A DNA stretch of 64,000 nucleotides from a virus. The translations under genes and the position numbers were made by a program. How positions within the stretch are numbered: position 1 is the stretch's first letter; every line of letters starts with the position of its first letter. Below are positions 19,911 to 29,754 of the stretch, piece after piece. The stretch covers positions 1 to 64,000 of IMG/VR virus record IMGVR_UViG_3300017739_000004; one strand, 5' to 3'. Below the pieces are notes generated by a model. It did no database searches, was not told the origin of the DNA, and was given only the letters and a program-made list of their open reading frames with translations.

Positions 19911-20476
19911 TTACATTTAAAGAATTTGTAAACGAAAAGAGTGCAGGCTTATGGGCTAATATCCATAAGAAAAGAAAGTCAGGTAAGAGAATGAGAAAGC
20001 CTGGAGAGAAAGGTGCACCAACAGCACAAGACTTTAAGAATGCATCTAAAGAGAGTTTTACACACATGAATGTAAAAAGTAAAGCAAGACCTGGATTTAA
20101 AATAGATGGACCAAAGGGTGTACATAAATTATCACCAAGTGTAAAAAGAGAAATAGATAAAATATTAAAAGGTCAAGAAGATAGAAAAAAAGCTTATAAC
20201 TATTATACAAGAATGGGTCAATTACCACCTAAAGGTACTCTAAAAAAAGTTATAGCAAATGAAGGTAAAGGTAGTAAGCCTGAACCATTTGAAGCTGGAT
20301 TTAAAAGAAGAGTTGTAAAAACAACTAAACCAGAACATAAAGAACAAGGTTATAACTGGAGAATCAAGGGTAAGAAGAAAGATAACTTGACAATTAAGTT
20401 ATATAAGAATAAACCAAACTTTAAAGAGTTTGTAAAACAAATGAAAAGGGTAGCAGGGCATGAATTCGGAGGCTAA
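19907..20476 (+). CDS. Probable virion internal protein
   Basis: MITFKEFVNE; GLWANIHKKRK..MRKPG.KGAPT basic module. Confidence 0.6.
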   Translation: MITFKEFVNEKSAGLWANIHKKRKSGKRMRKPGEKGAPTAQDFKNASKESFTHMNVKSKARPGFKIDGPKGVHKLSPSVKREIDKILKGQEDRKKAYNYYTRMGQLPPKGTLKKVIANEGKGSKPEPFEAGFKRRVVKTTKPEHKEQGYNWRIKGKKKDNLTIKLYKNKPNFKEFVKQMKRVAGHEFGG

Positions 20477-20858
20477 AACATTTTCTGAATGGAAAGAAAG
20501 ATATGCTCTGTACGAGAATAAGTATGTACCACTTGAACAACCAATGGTTCAGCTCACAGAAGCGGAATATGACGGAAGAAAAGTAGAGCTTGATAAACCA
20601 AGTCGTAGTTCAGGTAAAAAGAAATATGTTGTATATGTAAAGAATCCAAAAACTGAAAAGGTTATGAAAATAGAGTTCGGTGATGAAAAAGGTGGATTGT
20701 CAGCTAATGTCAATGATAGAGAAGCTGCAAGAAACTTTGCAAGTAGACACAATTGTGATACTAAAATGGATAAAACCAAAGCAGGTTATTGGGCGTGTAG
20801 ATTACCATGGTATGCAAAAGAATTAGGAATGAAAGGTGGCGGTAGATACTTTTGGTAA
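20460..20858 (+). CDS. Conserved basic phage protein
   Basis: KKYVVYV..FGD..F.SRHNC..AGYWAC motif. Confidence 0.65.
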   Translation: MNSEAKTFSEWKERYALYENKYVPLEQPMVQLTEAEYDGRKVELDKPSRSSGKKKYVVYVKNPKTEKVMKIEFGDEKGGLSANVNDREAARNFASRHNCDTKMDKTKAGYWACRLPWYAKELGMKGGGRYFW

Positions 20859-21135
20859 ATTAAATTTTCCATTTATGGAAGAGTATGAATGTAAAGATGG
20901 AGTCTGTCGTACTTTTGATCCAGAACGTGATGATGCAGAATATGTTTGGCATCGCGATAAAGAAAATAGAGAAGTCGAAGTACTAGAAGGTGAAGGTTGG
21001 CAATTTCAATACGAAGGTTGTCTTCCATATTTATTAGAAGAAGGCATGATATTCGATATACCAAAAGGAGAATATCACAGATTAATAAGAGGCATATCGC
21101 CATTAAAGTGCAGGATAATTAAGAAGCATGGATAG
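20836..21135 (+). CDS. Cupin-like protein
   Basis: WHRD..R.VEV...IPKGEYHRL. Confidence 0.6.
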   Translation: MAVDTFGKLNFPFMEEYECKDGVCRTFDPERDDAEYVWHRDKENREVEVLEGEGWQFQYEGCLPYLLEEGMIFDIPKGEYHRLIRGISPLKCRIIKKHG

Positions 21136-21451
21136 CGAACAAAGACAAGTTTATACAATACAGTCACAAAGACTTGACCGAATTGAAGAAAAGTTAGATC
21201 AAATGGGTGAAGCAATAGTGATGCTCGCGAGAGCAGAAGAAAAGATAGCTACTCTGACAAGTTTTAGTAAACAACAATCAGAGCAGATACAAAATCTTAT
21301 AAATAGATTAGACAGAGTTGATAATATGGTAAGTAGTAATACTAACACTGTCGCATTAATTAACAAAGTTTTTTGGTTGATTATAGTTGGTTTAGTATCA
21401 GCATTCACCTGGGAAATGGTAGTACATAGTGGTTTAATTAACGGAGGATAA
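21128..21451 (+). CDS. Coiled-coil protein with C-terminal TM segment
   Basis: RLDRIEEKLD heptads; FWLIIVGLVSAF. Confidence 0.6.
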   Translation: MDSEQRQVYTIQSQRLDRIEEKLDQMGEAIVMLARAEEKIATLTSFSKQQSEQIQNLINRLDRVDNMVSSNTNTVALINKVFWLIIVGLVSAFTWEMVVHSGLINGG

Positions 21452-21455
21452 CGAA

Positions 21456-22094
21456 ATGAAACTCACTGATAAAGAAGGACTAGAAATTGCAGCCGCCGTT
21501 AAAGACGTGTTGGAAGGAAAAGTCAAGAAAGAAGATAAGAAAAAAGTGCAAGAGGTTGAAGAACCTAGAGCTGCTGGCGAAAAAGAGTTCAAGAAAAAAC
21601 ATATCGTCAAGAAATCAGGAGAAAGACCTGATGGTACGGTAATGAAAGAGGGAAAGCTTAAAGCCGGTAGAGGTAAGGCAACAATAGACGTAGACCATAC
21701 CGGCGAAGGAATACCAGCTGCGCAAAGAAAATTTAAGATCAAATTTAAAAGAAACAGATTTGGTGGAACAGATATTTCTGGAGAAAAGAAAGATATTCTA
21801 GCATATTTACAATCAAAAGATTACGATATGGAATCAGACGATATTGAAGAATTTTTTCCAGAACTTTTAGAAGGTGCTAAACCTAAAGCTGAAGATGTCG
21901 ACGAAGAAGAACTCGAAGATGATAAAGAAGAAGCTGATGAGCAATCTGAAAAGCAAAAGAAATATCAAGCATTCTTTAATAAAGCACTTAAGAAGTTTGG
22001 AGTAAAATCACCAGCTGAATTAGAAGGACCTAAGAAAAAAGAATTTTTTGATTACGTCGATAAAAACTATGAAGGCGACAACGAGGCAGACTAA
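21456..22094 (+). CDS. Highly charged probable prohead core/internal protein
   Basis: YQAFFNKALKKFGVKSPAEL..KKEFFDYVD; GGAG RBS. Confidence 0.55.
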   Translation: MKLTDKEGLEIAAAVKDVLEGKVKKEDKKKVQEVEEPRAAGEKEFKKKHIVKKSGERPDGTVMKEGKLKAGRGKATIDVDHTGEGIPAAQRKFKIKFKRNRFGGTDISGEKKDILAYLQSKDYDMESDDIEEFFPELLEGAKPKAEDVDEEELEDDKEEADEQSEKQKKYQAFFNKALKKFGVKSPAELEGPKKKEFFDYVDKNYEGDNEAD

Positions 22095-22591
22095 TGGATT
22101 TCTTTAAAGCAAGAGAATCATTTTTAACTGAAGGCAAAGTTTCAATTGCAAAGCTTAGTGCTGGAATGACAGTGAATGTTATTCACTCTGGTCGCTCAGC
22201 TAAAAACTTTGGTGTTAAAGATGAAAACGTATATGGTGGAAAAGTAAAAGTATTAGGAATAGGTATTATACCTTTCAAGAAACTAGCTAAGCCAAATATG
22301 GTTCTTGCAAAAGATTTAAATGAGCTTAAAAAGAAATATGAAAAAGTATTTAAAAGCGAAGAAATCCAATATGGGTCTTTTTTTAATGCAAGGCATAGAT
22401 TAAAAGCTGCTTTTTCTAAAATTACAGAAGATGATAAAAGAGTTAAGCCTGGCTTTGGTGCTTATATATGGCAAGTAATAGAAGGCGATAATAAAGGTAA
22501 ATATGATTATTGTTATATAGGTAATGATAACAATGATAATTGGGAAGTTAGATTTTTAAACAAATCAACCGAGTTTGTATTAGAAACATAA
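22094..22591 (+). CDS. Hypothetical protein
   Basis: Coupled ORF; N-terminus ends in FLTE. Confidence 0.55.
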   Translation: MDFFKARESFLTEGKVSIAKLSAGMTVNVIHSGRSAKNFGVKDENVYGGKVKVLGIGIIPFKKLAKPNMVLAKDLNELKKKYEKVFKSEEIQYGSFFNARHRLKAAFSKITEDDKRVKPGFGAYIWQVIEGDNKGKYDYCYIGNDNNDNWEVRFLNKSTEFVLET

Positions 22592-22620
22592 TATACTCAA
22601 AGGAGTATATATAATATAGT

Positions 22621-22989
22621 ATGGATAATTTTGATGTATTGACGCATAAGAATTTTAAATTGTATGCGGCTAAAATGTATAATAATCCTGAGTGTTTAGA
22701 TGTTAATGAATTTACACAAGACGTTAACAGATTTAAATATCTTAAAAGATTATTAAAGCGATATGAGTTAACTGGTGATCTCCAGGAAAGACTTATATTA
22801 AATCATTTAATAGTATTATATAATGTATTTGGAATTGAGGCTTGTAATAAGATGATGTGGTACAAGATCAATGATGAACATTGGCATTATCTCAAACCAT
22901 TCTTAGTTTATCTTAATTACCTTCCTGAATCTGAAAAAGTAGAAGTCGCAATGGATCCATATATTGTAGAGGTATTAAGAGAATTATAA
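22621..22989 (+). CDS. Conserved T4-like hypothetical protein
   Basis: YNNPEC..EF..D..RFKYLKRL..RLILNH. Confidence 0.7.
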   Translation: MDNFDVLTHKNFKLYAAKMYNNPECLDVNEFTQDVNRFKYLKRLLKRYELTGDLQERLILNHLIVLYNVFGIEACNKMMWYKINDEHWHYLKPFLVYLNYLPESEKVEVAMDPYIVEVLREL

Positions 22990-23571
22990 ATGGGAATATT
23001 AAGTAGAGCAGCCGACCTGGCATATGCAATTAGATTTTTAAAATTGTTTGTCACACCATTTAATAAAACTAAAGCCTTTGAGCTCGGCATTATAGACGAG
23101 AAAGGTAAAAACTTAATTAAGGTTCGTGAGTTTGGAAACGCAGATCAAAGAGGTGCATATACTGTTTTTCATAGATTAGTTTTTAATCTTAAAAAATTAC
23201 TAGAAAAAATACCAGGCGGCCGATCAAAGCTAGCATCTTATGCAGCGGCTTTATATTTAATTAAAGAAAAAGATCAATTAAGCGACGAAACAGTAAATTA
23301 TATACTAGACAATATAGAAAAAAATTTAGAATTAGATGAATCAAGAGAGTATCTATCAGATTTTGAAGAATTAAATCCTGGCAGATATTATCTCAAAGAA
23401 ACATTAGCTCATTACGAAACAGGTGAAGAGCTATTTCAAAAAGGTGATATTATCGTAAATGAAGATTTACAAATACCAGTTGGAGATGTACGTGGTATAA
23501 ATATATTTACGGCAATACACGAAAAAACAAAACAAAAAGTGTATTTTACACATAGTAATATAGAACGATAA
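22990..23571 (+). CDS. Conserved T4-like hypothetical protein
   Basis: RFLKLFVTPF.KTKAFELGIIDEKG, FHRLVFNLK. Confidence 0.7.
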   Translation: MGILSRAADLAYAIRFLKLFVTPFNKTKAFELGIIDEKGKNLIKVREFGNADQRGAYTVFHRLVFNLKKLLEKIPGGRSKLASYAAALYLIKEKDQLSDETVNYILDNIEKNLELDESREYLSDFEELNPGRYYLKETLAHYETGEELFQKGDIIVNEDLQIPVGDVRGINIFTAIHEKTKQKVYFTHSNIER

Positions 23572-23804
23572 TGGCGACAAAATATACAAAATCATTCAAC
23601 GAATACTTAAAACAATGGGAAGATGCTGCAGCAAATTCAGTTGCTGGTGGAGGTGTAGCAATGCCTTCAGATGCAATGGGCAAAAAAGCGTTATTAAGAA
23701 GAAAGAAAAAAGTTTATGATGGCCGAACTAAAGAGGGTAAAAAGTTTGTAGAAAGAATCCTCGCTAGGAGAGCAGCTCGTGAAGCATCTAAAAAAATTAC
23801 TTGA
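23571..23804 (+). CDS. Small basic virion-type protein
   Basis: KSFNEY..WEDAAANS, YDGRTK; TATAAATA at 23496. Confidence 0.6.
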   Translation: MATKYTKSFNEYLKQWEDAAANSVAGGGVAMPSDAMGKKALLRRKKKVYDGRTKEGKKFVERILARRAAREASKKIT

Positions 23805-24006
23805 TTGGTTTATAAATTTATTTCAAGATAGATACGAAATCCTTGTGTCTATCGATGCAAAGTATGGTAATAGTGATGACCAGAAATTTATAGCCAATAA
23901 GATTATAATACAAAAAGAAAAACACCTTAAGTTTAGAACTGAAGAAGATCAGATCATAGAATTTAGAACTTCATCTGGACTTAATTATATTATTAAGGAA
24001 TTATAA
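23779..24006 (+). CDS. Hypothetical protein
   Basis: GTG start with AGGAG RBS. Confidence 0.55.
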   Translation: MKHLKKLLDWFINLFQDRYEILVSIDAKYGNSDDQKFIANKIIIQKEKHLKFRTEEDQIIEFRTSSGLNYIIKEL

Positions 24007-24383
24007 TGCAACAATTATTAATAGGTATAATACTTATTTTAGGATTAGGTGGATGGTGGTTATATAATGAGAACCAAACACTGACTGAAAATAATATTAA
24101 ACTAGAATCTGCTGTTCAAGAGCAGCAAGAAACTATAGCTCAAATTCAAGAGCAATACGAAAAACAAGGCAAATCATTAATGCAAATGAGCAGAAAGAAT
24201 GCTGAGATAGAAGCTGAGAAAGCAGAGTATCTAGCAATATTTGCCAGACATAATTTAGATAACTTAGCTTTAAGAAAACCTGGCCTTATGGAAAACAGAT
24301 TTAATGCAGCAAGTGAACAAGTGATGGAGGGATTAGAAGATGATACAGAAGTTCTTTACAATCTTAATACTACTGACAATTAG
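24006..24383 (+). CDS. i-spanin (Rz/PseT.3-like)
   Basis: N-terminal TM plus coiled coil, KPGL; overlaps a lipoprotein gene. Confidence 0.8.
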   Translation: MQQLLIGIILILGLGGWWLYNENQTLTENNIKLESAVQEQQETIAQIQEQYEKQGKSLMQMSRKNAEIEAEKAEYLAIFARHNLDNLALRKPGLMENRFNAASEQVMEGLEDDTEVLYNLNTTDN

Positions 24384-24852
24384 TGGTTGTTCTTTATTAG
24401 GAACAAAACAAATAGAGGTTGTATCTAAACCTGTGCAAATAGATATTATGCAACCAGATTTACCAAGACCTGTAGAATTGACAGCTCCTACTTGGTATGT
24501 TGTATCAGAAGCTAAGATAGCAAATCCATGTAAAAAGGTAGATGATAAAAGACCAAAGGTATGTGATTTAGGAGATAGAGAAAATCCAGATTGGCCTGAA
24601 GGCTATACTTATTTAGATAGATTTCTTGATGATATGAAAGAACAAAACAATGGAGAGATTGTTTTTGTAGCCACCTCAGTTGGTGACTATAAAGTAATGG
24701 CTGAAGATATGCAAGAACTCAAAAGATATATTAAACAATTAGGTGAAGTCGTAATTTATTATAGAAATGTGACTATGCCTGATGGTCAACAAGGCCAAGG
24801 CGTTGGTATTAAAATCGACGAACCTGAAGCATTAGAAAATGTGAGAGGATAA
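24340..24852 (+). CDS. o-spanin lipoprotein (Rz1/PseT.2-like)
   Basis: Lipobox ISGC, Pro-rich segment, follows the i-spanin. Confidence 0.78.
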   Translation: MIQKFFTILILLTISGCSLLGTKQIEVVSKPVQIDIMQPDLPRPVELTAPTWYVVSEAKIANPCKKVDDKRPKVCDLGDRENPDWPEGYTYLDRFLDDMKEQNNGEIVFVATSVGDYKVMAEDMQELKRYIKQLGEVVIYYRNVTMPDGQQGQGVGIKIDEPEALENVRG

Positions 24853-25142
24853 TGGTAGGCCTAATTATAAACCTAATCAGATTTATTATATCTGCAATTT
24901 TAAAAGTCTATCAACCTAAATGGTTGCTTCGCTTTGATAAATGGTGCGAAGATAAAATTGGTATAGACTTAATAAAACAAGAAGAAAAATGGTTTGAGAA
25001 ACATCCCTTATTATTAAAAAGAATTCAACTACTAGAACAAGACACACACCCTCCAGTCGCTCAAGGCGGCGCAACAGAATTAAAAGACCTCATACAAAGT
25101 CTTGAAAATCGTGTAGTAAAAATAGAAAAAAAAATTAAATAA
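24852..25142 (+). CDS. Hypothetical protein
   Basis: GAGG RBS, coupled ORF. Confidence 0.55.
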   Translation: MVGLIINLIRFIISAILKVYQPKWLLRFDKWCEDKIGIDLIKQEEKWFEKHPLLLKRIQLLEQDTHPPVAQGGATELKDLIQSLENRVVKIEKKIK

Positions 25143-25145
25143 ACG

Positions 25146-25174
25146 TTTACAAATTGCAAAATTTGTGTTATAAT
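25146..25174 (+). promoter_or_regulatory. sigma70-type promoter
   Basis: TTTACA-17bp-TATAAT with TGTG. Confidence 0.85.
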
Positions 25175-25185
25175 ATATACTAATT

Positions 25186-27447
25186 ATGAATGATAAAAGT
25201 ATTATGTCAATTAATGTCACGAAGCGAGATGGTTCACTACAACCATTTGATTTAGATAAAGTTCATAAAGTTTTGGAATGGGCAGTCGCCGATATTAGTG
25301 GTGTGTCAATGTCTGAAATAGAACTAAAAGCGAATATACAATTATTCGATAAAATTAATGCTTATGATATACATGAGTTATTAATCAAATCTGCAGCTGA
25401 GCTCATATCAGAAACCACACCTAATTATCAATTTGTAGCAGCAAGACTCATTTCATATAAACTTCGTAAAGAAGTCTATGGTGATTATCAACCTTGCTCT
25501 CTTAGAGAACTTATTACAGATAATATTGCAAGAGGCGTGTATGATGATGAAATATTACAAAAATATACTATAGAAGAATTAGTAGATTTAGATAATTATA
25601 TTAAACATGAAAGAGACGATACTTTTACATATGCAGGAATGGAGCAATTTCGTGGAAAGTATTTAGTTCAAGATAGAAGAACTAAAAAACATTATGAAAC
25701 TCCACAAATGCTTTATATGATGATCAGTGCAACTTTGTTTGCTGATTATGGTGATAATAGAATGAAATTTGTAAAGGAGTATTATGATGCGATTTCTCAA
25801 TTTTATATTTCGTTGCCTACACCGATTATGGCAGGAGTTAGAACTCCTACGAGACAATTTAGTTCATGTGTCCTTATTGAATCCGACGATTCCCTGGATT
25901 CTATTAATGCTACTGCTACTAGTATTGTTAAGTATATAAGTAAAAAAGCCGGTATTGGTATAGGTGCAGGAAAGATTAGAGCTCTCGGAGCTAAAATAGC
26001 AGATGGCTCTGTTGTACATACAGGGCTTATACCATTTTTAAAATATTTTCAGTCAGCCGTTAAATCCTGTTCCCAGGGAGGTGTAAGAGGTGGAGCAGCT
26101 ACTGTGTATTTACCAGTATGGCATTATGAATTTGAAGATTTAGTGGTATTAAAAAATAATAAAGGCACAGATGAAACAAGAGTTCGTCACATGGATTATG
26201 CCTTTCAATTTAATAGATTGATGTATGAAAGATTATTAGAAGGTGGTCATATCACTTTCTTCGATCCTAAAGATGTACCAGAATTATATGATGCATTCTT
26301 TAGTGACCAAGATTTGTTCAAAGAGCTATATGAAATAGCTGAACGAAAAACTTCAATTAGAAAGAAAAGCTTACCAGCATTAGAAGTCTTTTCCAGATTT
26401 TTAACTGAAAGAAAAGATACGGGTCGTATTTATTTAATGAATGTCGATCATGCAAATGAGCATAGTTCTTTTGAAGAAAAGGTAGCACCAATACACATGA
26501 GTAATTTATGTTGTGAAATTGATTTACCAACCAAACCTTTAAATGCTTATGACGATCATACAGGTGAAATATCACTTTGTACTTTATCAGCAATTAATTG
26601 GGGTTTAATAAATGACCCTAAAGAATTTGCAAAGTATTGTGATCTATGTGTTCGTGGTTTAGATGAGTTAATGGATTATCAACAATATCCAATAGCTGCA
26701 GCAGAATCAAGCACTAAGAGTCGTAGGCCTTTAGGTGTTGGTATAATTAATTTAGCATATTTCTTAGCTAAGAGAGGTTTGAAATATGATGAATCAGCAT
26801 ATGAAACAGTAGATGAATATGCAGAGGCATGGTCTTATTATCTAATTAAAGCTTCAGCTGATCTGGCAAAAGAAAAAGGTAAAATACCTTTGAATAATCA
26901 TACAAAATATGCCAGTGGAAAGTTGCCAATTGATACATATAAGAGAGCGATAGATAATTTAATAGAGCATAAAGAGCGTCTTCCATGGGAAGATTTGCGA
27001 GAGCAACTCAGAGAAACTGGAATTCGGAATTCAACTCTAATGGCATTAATGCCTGCTGAAACAAGCGCTCAGATTAGTAATAGTACTAATGGAATAGAAC
27101 CACCAAGAGCATTGGTGAGTTATAAACAAAGTAAAGACGGAGTCATGGCTCAAGTCGTACCCGGCATTTACAATTTAAAAAATAAGTACGATTTACTCTG
27201 GGAGCAAAAATCACCAGCAGGTTATTTAGGAATATGTGGTATATTGCAAAAATATGTTGACCAAGGAATATCAGTCAATACTTCATATAATCCAGAACAT
27301 TATGAAGATAATAAAATTCCAATGTCTGTTATGATACAAGACCTGGTCACAAGTTATAAGTACGGTTTAAAACAATTATATTACTTCAATACATACGATG
27401 GTGCTGGAGAAATGATAGATGAAGATTGCGAGACATGTAAGATATGA
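25186..27447 (+). CDS. nrdA: Ribonucleotide reductase class Ia alpha subunit
   Basis: ATP cone VTKRDG, PTPIM, FSSC, SNLCCEI, C-terminal CETC. Confidence 0.97.
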   Translation: MNDKSIMSINVTKRDGSLQPFDLDKVHKVLEWAVADISGVSMSEIELKANIQLFDKINAYDIHELLIKSAAELISETTPNYQFVAARLISYKLRKEVYGDYQPCSLRELITDNIARGVYDDEILQKYTIEELVDLDNYIKHERDDTFTYAGMEQFRGKYLVQDRRTKKHYETPQMLYMMISATLFADYGDNRMKFVKEYYDAISQFYISLPTPIMAGVRTPTRQFSSCVLIESDDSLDSINATATSIVKYISKKAGIGIGAGKIRALGAKIADGSVVHTGLIPFLKYFQSAVKSCSQGGVRGGAATVYLPVWHYEFEDLVVLKNNKGTDETRVRHMDYAFQFNRLMYERLLEGGHITFFDPKDVPELYDAFFSDQDLFKELYEIAERKTSIRKKSLPALEVFSRFLTERKDTGRIYLMNVDHANEHSSFEEKVAPIHMSNLCCEIDLPTKPLNAYDDHTGEISLCTLSAINWGLINDPKEFAKYCDLCVRGLDELMDYQQYPIAAAESSTKSRRPLGVGIINLAYFLAKRGLKYDESAYETVDEYAEAWSYYLIKASADLAKEKGKIPLNNHTKYASGKLPIDTYKRAIDNLIEHKERLPWEDLREQLRETGIRNSTLMALMPAETSAQISNSTNGIEPPRALVSYKQSKDGVMAQVVPGIYNLKNKYDLLWEQKSPAGYLGICGILQKYVDQGISVNTSYNPEHYEDNKIPMSVMIQDLVTSYKYGLKQLYYFNTYDGAGEMIDEDCETCKI

Positions 27448-28490
27448 GTATATTAAAGAAAAATAAAAAATCACATTTAGTAAAGAATATGTTTTTTGAC
27501 GAGGGTGTTGACGTCGCAAGATACGATCAAGTTAAATACCCACAGATAGATAAGATTACTGAAAAACAATTAGGCTTCTTTTGGAGACCAGAAGAAGTAG
27601 ATGTATCTAAAGATAAAAAAGATTTCGGTGAACTTACAGAACATGAACGACATATATTTACTTCAAATTTAAAAAGGCAAATCTTGTTAGATAGTGTACA
27701 AGGTCGTGCACCCAATTTAGCATTCTTGCCTCATGCTTCATTACCTGAAGTAGAAAACTGGATAGAGACATGGTCATTTTTTGAAACAATACATTCAAGA
27801 TCATATACACATATAATCAGAAATGTATATCCAGACCCTTCAATAGTATTTGATAATATGTTAAATGTAAAAGAGATTTTAGATTGTGGTAAAGATATTG
27901 CAAAATATTATGATGATCTGATTGCGAAACCAAATAAAAAGAATTTATGGTTATGTATGCAATCAGCAAATGCCCTAGAGGGAGTCAGATTTTATGTCTC
28001 TTTCGCCTGCAGTTGGGCATTTGCTGAGCTTAAAAAGATGGAAGGTAATGCGAAGATAATAAAATTTATTGCAAGAGATGAAAATACACACCTGGCAAGT
28101 ACAACTACTATATTAAAATTATTAAGAAAAGAACCAGGGTATGCAAAAATAGCAAAAGAAACAGAACAAGAATGTGTTGACCTTTTTGTGAAGGTCATAG
28201 AACAAGAAAAACAATGGGCTGAATATTTATTCAGAAATGGATCCATGATTGGATTAAATGAATCTATCTTAAAAGATTATGTCGAATGGATAGGTGCAAA
28301 AAGAATGCGAGCTGTCGGATTACCATGCCCATTTAATGTTCCACAAATGAATCCATTACCATGGACTGAGAAATGGATTTCAGGTGGAAATGTACAGGTA
28401 GCCCCACAAGAGACAGAGATTAGTTCTTATGTGGTTGGTGGTGTTAAACAAGACGTTGATGATTCAACATTAAAAGGATTAAGTTTATAA
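27444..28490 (+). CDS. nrdB: Ribonucleotide reductase class Ia beta subunit
   Basis: FFWRPEE, ETIHSRSY, LEGVRFY, RDENTH, VAPQETE. Confidence 0.97.
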   Translation: MSILKKNKKSHLVKNMFFDEGVDVARYDQVKYPQIDKITEKQLGFFWRPEEVDVSKDKKDFGELTEHERHIFTSNLKRQILLDSVQGRAPNLAFLPHASLPEVENWIETWSFFETIHSRSYTHIIRNVYPDPSIVFDNMLNVKEILDCGKDIAKYYDDLIAKPNKKNLWLCMQSANALEGVRFYVSFACSWAFAELKKMEGNAKIIKFIARDENTHLASTTTILKLLRKEPGYAKIAKETEQECVDLFVKVIEQEKQWAEYLFRNGSMIGLNESILKDYVEWIGAKRMRAVGLPCPFNVPQMNPLPWTEKWISGGNVQVAPQETEISSYVVGGVKQDVDDSTLKGLSL

Positions 28491-28939
28491 TGGGTAATGA
28501 AAGTTTTTATTTAGTAATAGGTATAGTTGGCTTTATGTTTGGCTTAGTAAGTTATACACATAGCAATTTAGAATATACAGGGTACGAAAGAGTACAAAAT
28601 TGTACTGGTGAATGTTATGAAAAGTATGTAGCAGAAAATGGTACACCTGCAGAAATCGAAAGAAAGAAACAAGCAGCTGCAGCAGACGATCCATTTAGTT
28701 CTATTAAAGGACTATGGGCTGGATGTGCTGCATGTCATGGACAATCAGGTCAAGGTATGGGAATATTTCCTAAACTTGCAGGCCAAGATGCAGATACAAT
28801 CATAGAAAAATTAACTATATACAAGAACAGAGGTGAAGTTGGTAATATGAGTTCTACTATGTGGGCACAAGCCGGACAATTATCGGAGCAAGAGATAGAA
28901 ACCCTGGGTAATTTTATTCAGGAAACTATGAATGAATAG
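28490..28939 (+). CDS. Membrane-anchored class I cytochrome c (c553/c4-like)
   Basis: N-terminal TM; CAACHG heme motif, FPKLAGQ, distal Met before LSEQEI. Confidence 0.9.
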   Translation: MGNESFYLVIGIVGFMFGLVSYTHSNLEYTGYERVQNCTGECYEKYVAENGTPAEIERKKQAAAADDPFSSIKGLWAGCAACHGQSGQGMGIFPKLAGQDADTIIEKLTIYKNRGEVGNMSSTMWAQAGQLSEQEIETLGNFIQETMNE

Positions 28940-29390
28940 GTTTAAAGCACCTCCAAACATAGCAACATTTTTATTAAGAATACCTTTATCAGCTATGTTT
29001 TTACAACAGGGATTGAGTAAATTACCTGTTGATGGTGCAATAGCAGAAGCTTGGGGATTACCATTTATAGTATGGTGGTTTGTCACATGGGGTGAGATAG
29101 GTGCAGCAATTGGTTTAATAGCTGGTGGTATATTAGGTTTAATACCATGGAATGCTAGACATTTCTTTCTAGCTAGATTAGGAAGAACCTATCCAAACTT
29201 TAGATGGTTAACAGAAGAAGCCGGTGATCTTATCACAAGATTTAGTGGTATAACAATGACTTGTATTGCAACTGGTGTAATATGGATTTTAAGTCCAGCA
29301 AGTTTATGGGATGTAATATATAATGATTACTTACATGTTAGTTTATATGTAGGTGGTTTATATTTTGCTTTAAGAGGTAATGTAAGATGA
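28932..29390 (+). CDS. DoxX-family membrane protein
   Basis: LLRIPL..FLQQGLSK, V..GE..A.IGL, TR; about four TMs. Confidence 0.75.
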   Translation: MNRFKAPPNIATFLLRIPLSAMFLQQGLSKLPVDGAIAEAWGLPFIVWWFVTWGEIGAAIGLIAGGILGLIPWNARHFFLARLGRTYPNFRWLTEEAGDLITRFSGITMTCIATGVIWILSPASLWDVIYNDYLHVSLYVGGLYFALRGNVR

Positions 29391-29626
29391 TTATAGAAAT
29401 ATTTGGAAAAGATTTTTGTCCTTATTGCGATAAAGCAGTAAGAATTGCTCAACAATTTATACAAGAGAGTGAGCATAAATACGAATATAAAAAATTAGAA
29501 AGAGATTTTACAAGGGAAGAATTATTTGAACAATTTCCAGGAGCTAGAACTTTTCCACAAATAAGAATTGATGGTAATATTATTGGTGGATGTACAGACT
29601 TCGAAGCTTGGGTACTGAATAGATGA
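29387..29626 (+). CDS. nrdC: Glutaredoxin
   Basis: CPYC, TFPQI, IGG. Confidence 0.9.
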   Translation: MIIEIFGKDFCPYCDKAVRIAQQFIQESEHKYEYKKLERDFTREELFEQFPGARTFPQIRIDGNIIGGCTDFEAWVLNR

Positions 29627-29754
29627 AACTAGAATGTGAATATTGTTTTAATAGTTTTGTCATAAGACCAGACAATAAAGAAACTCGTATCAATTTCTGT
29701 CCACACTGTGGTGAACCGATAGAAGATGATGACGAGTTGGATTTCCATGAATGA
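29623..29754 (+). CDS. Small zinc-ribbon protein (not in ORF track)
   Basis: CEYC...FCPHCG. Confidence 0.75.
   Translation: MKLECEYCFNSFVIRPDNKETRINFCPHCGEPIEDDDELDFHE

Noticed and set aside
25186-28490. Introns or inteins in nrdA/nrdB
   Set aside because: Both ORFs are continuous and of normal length.
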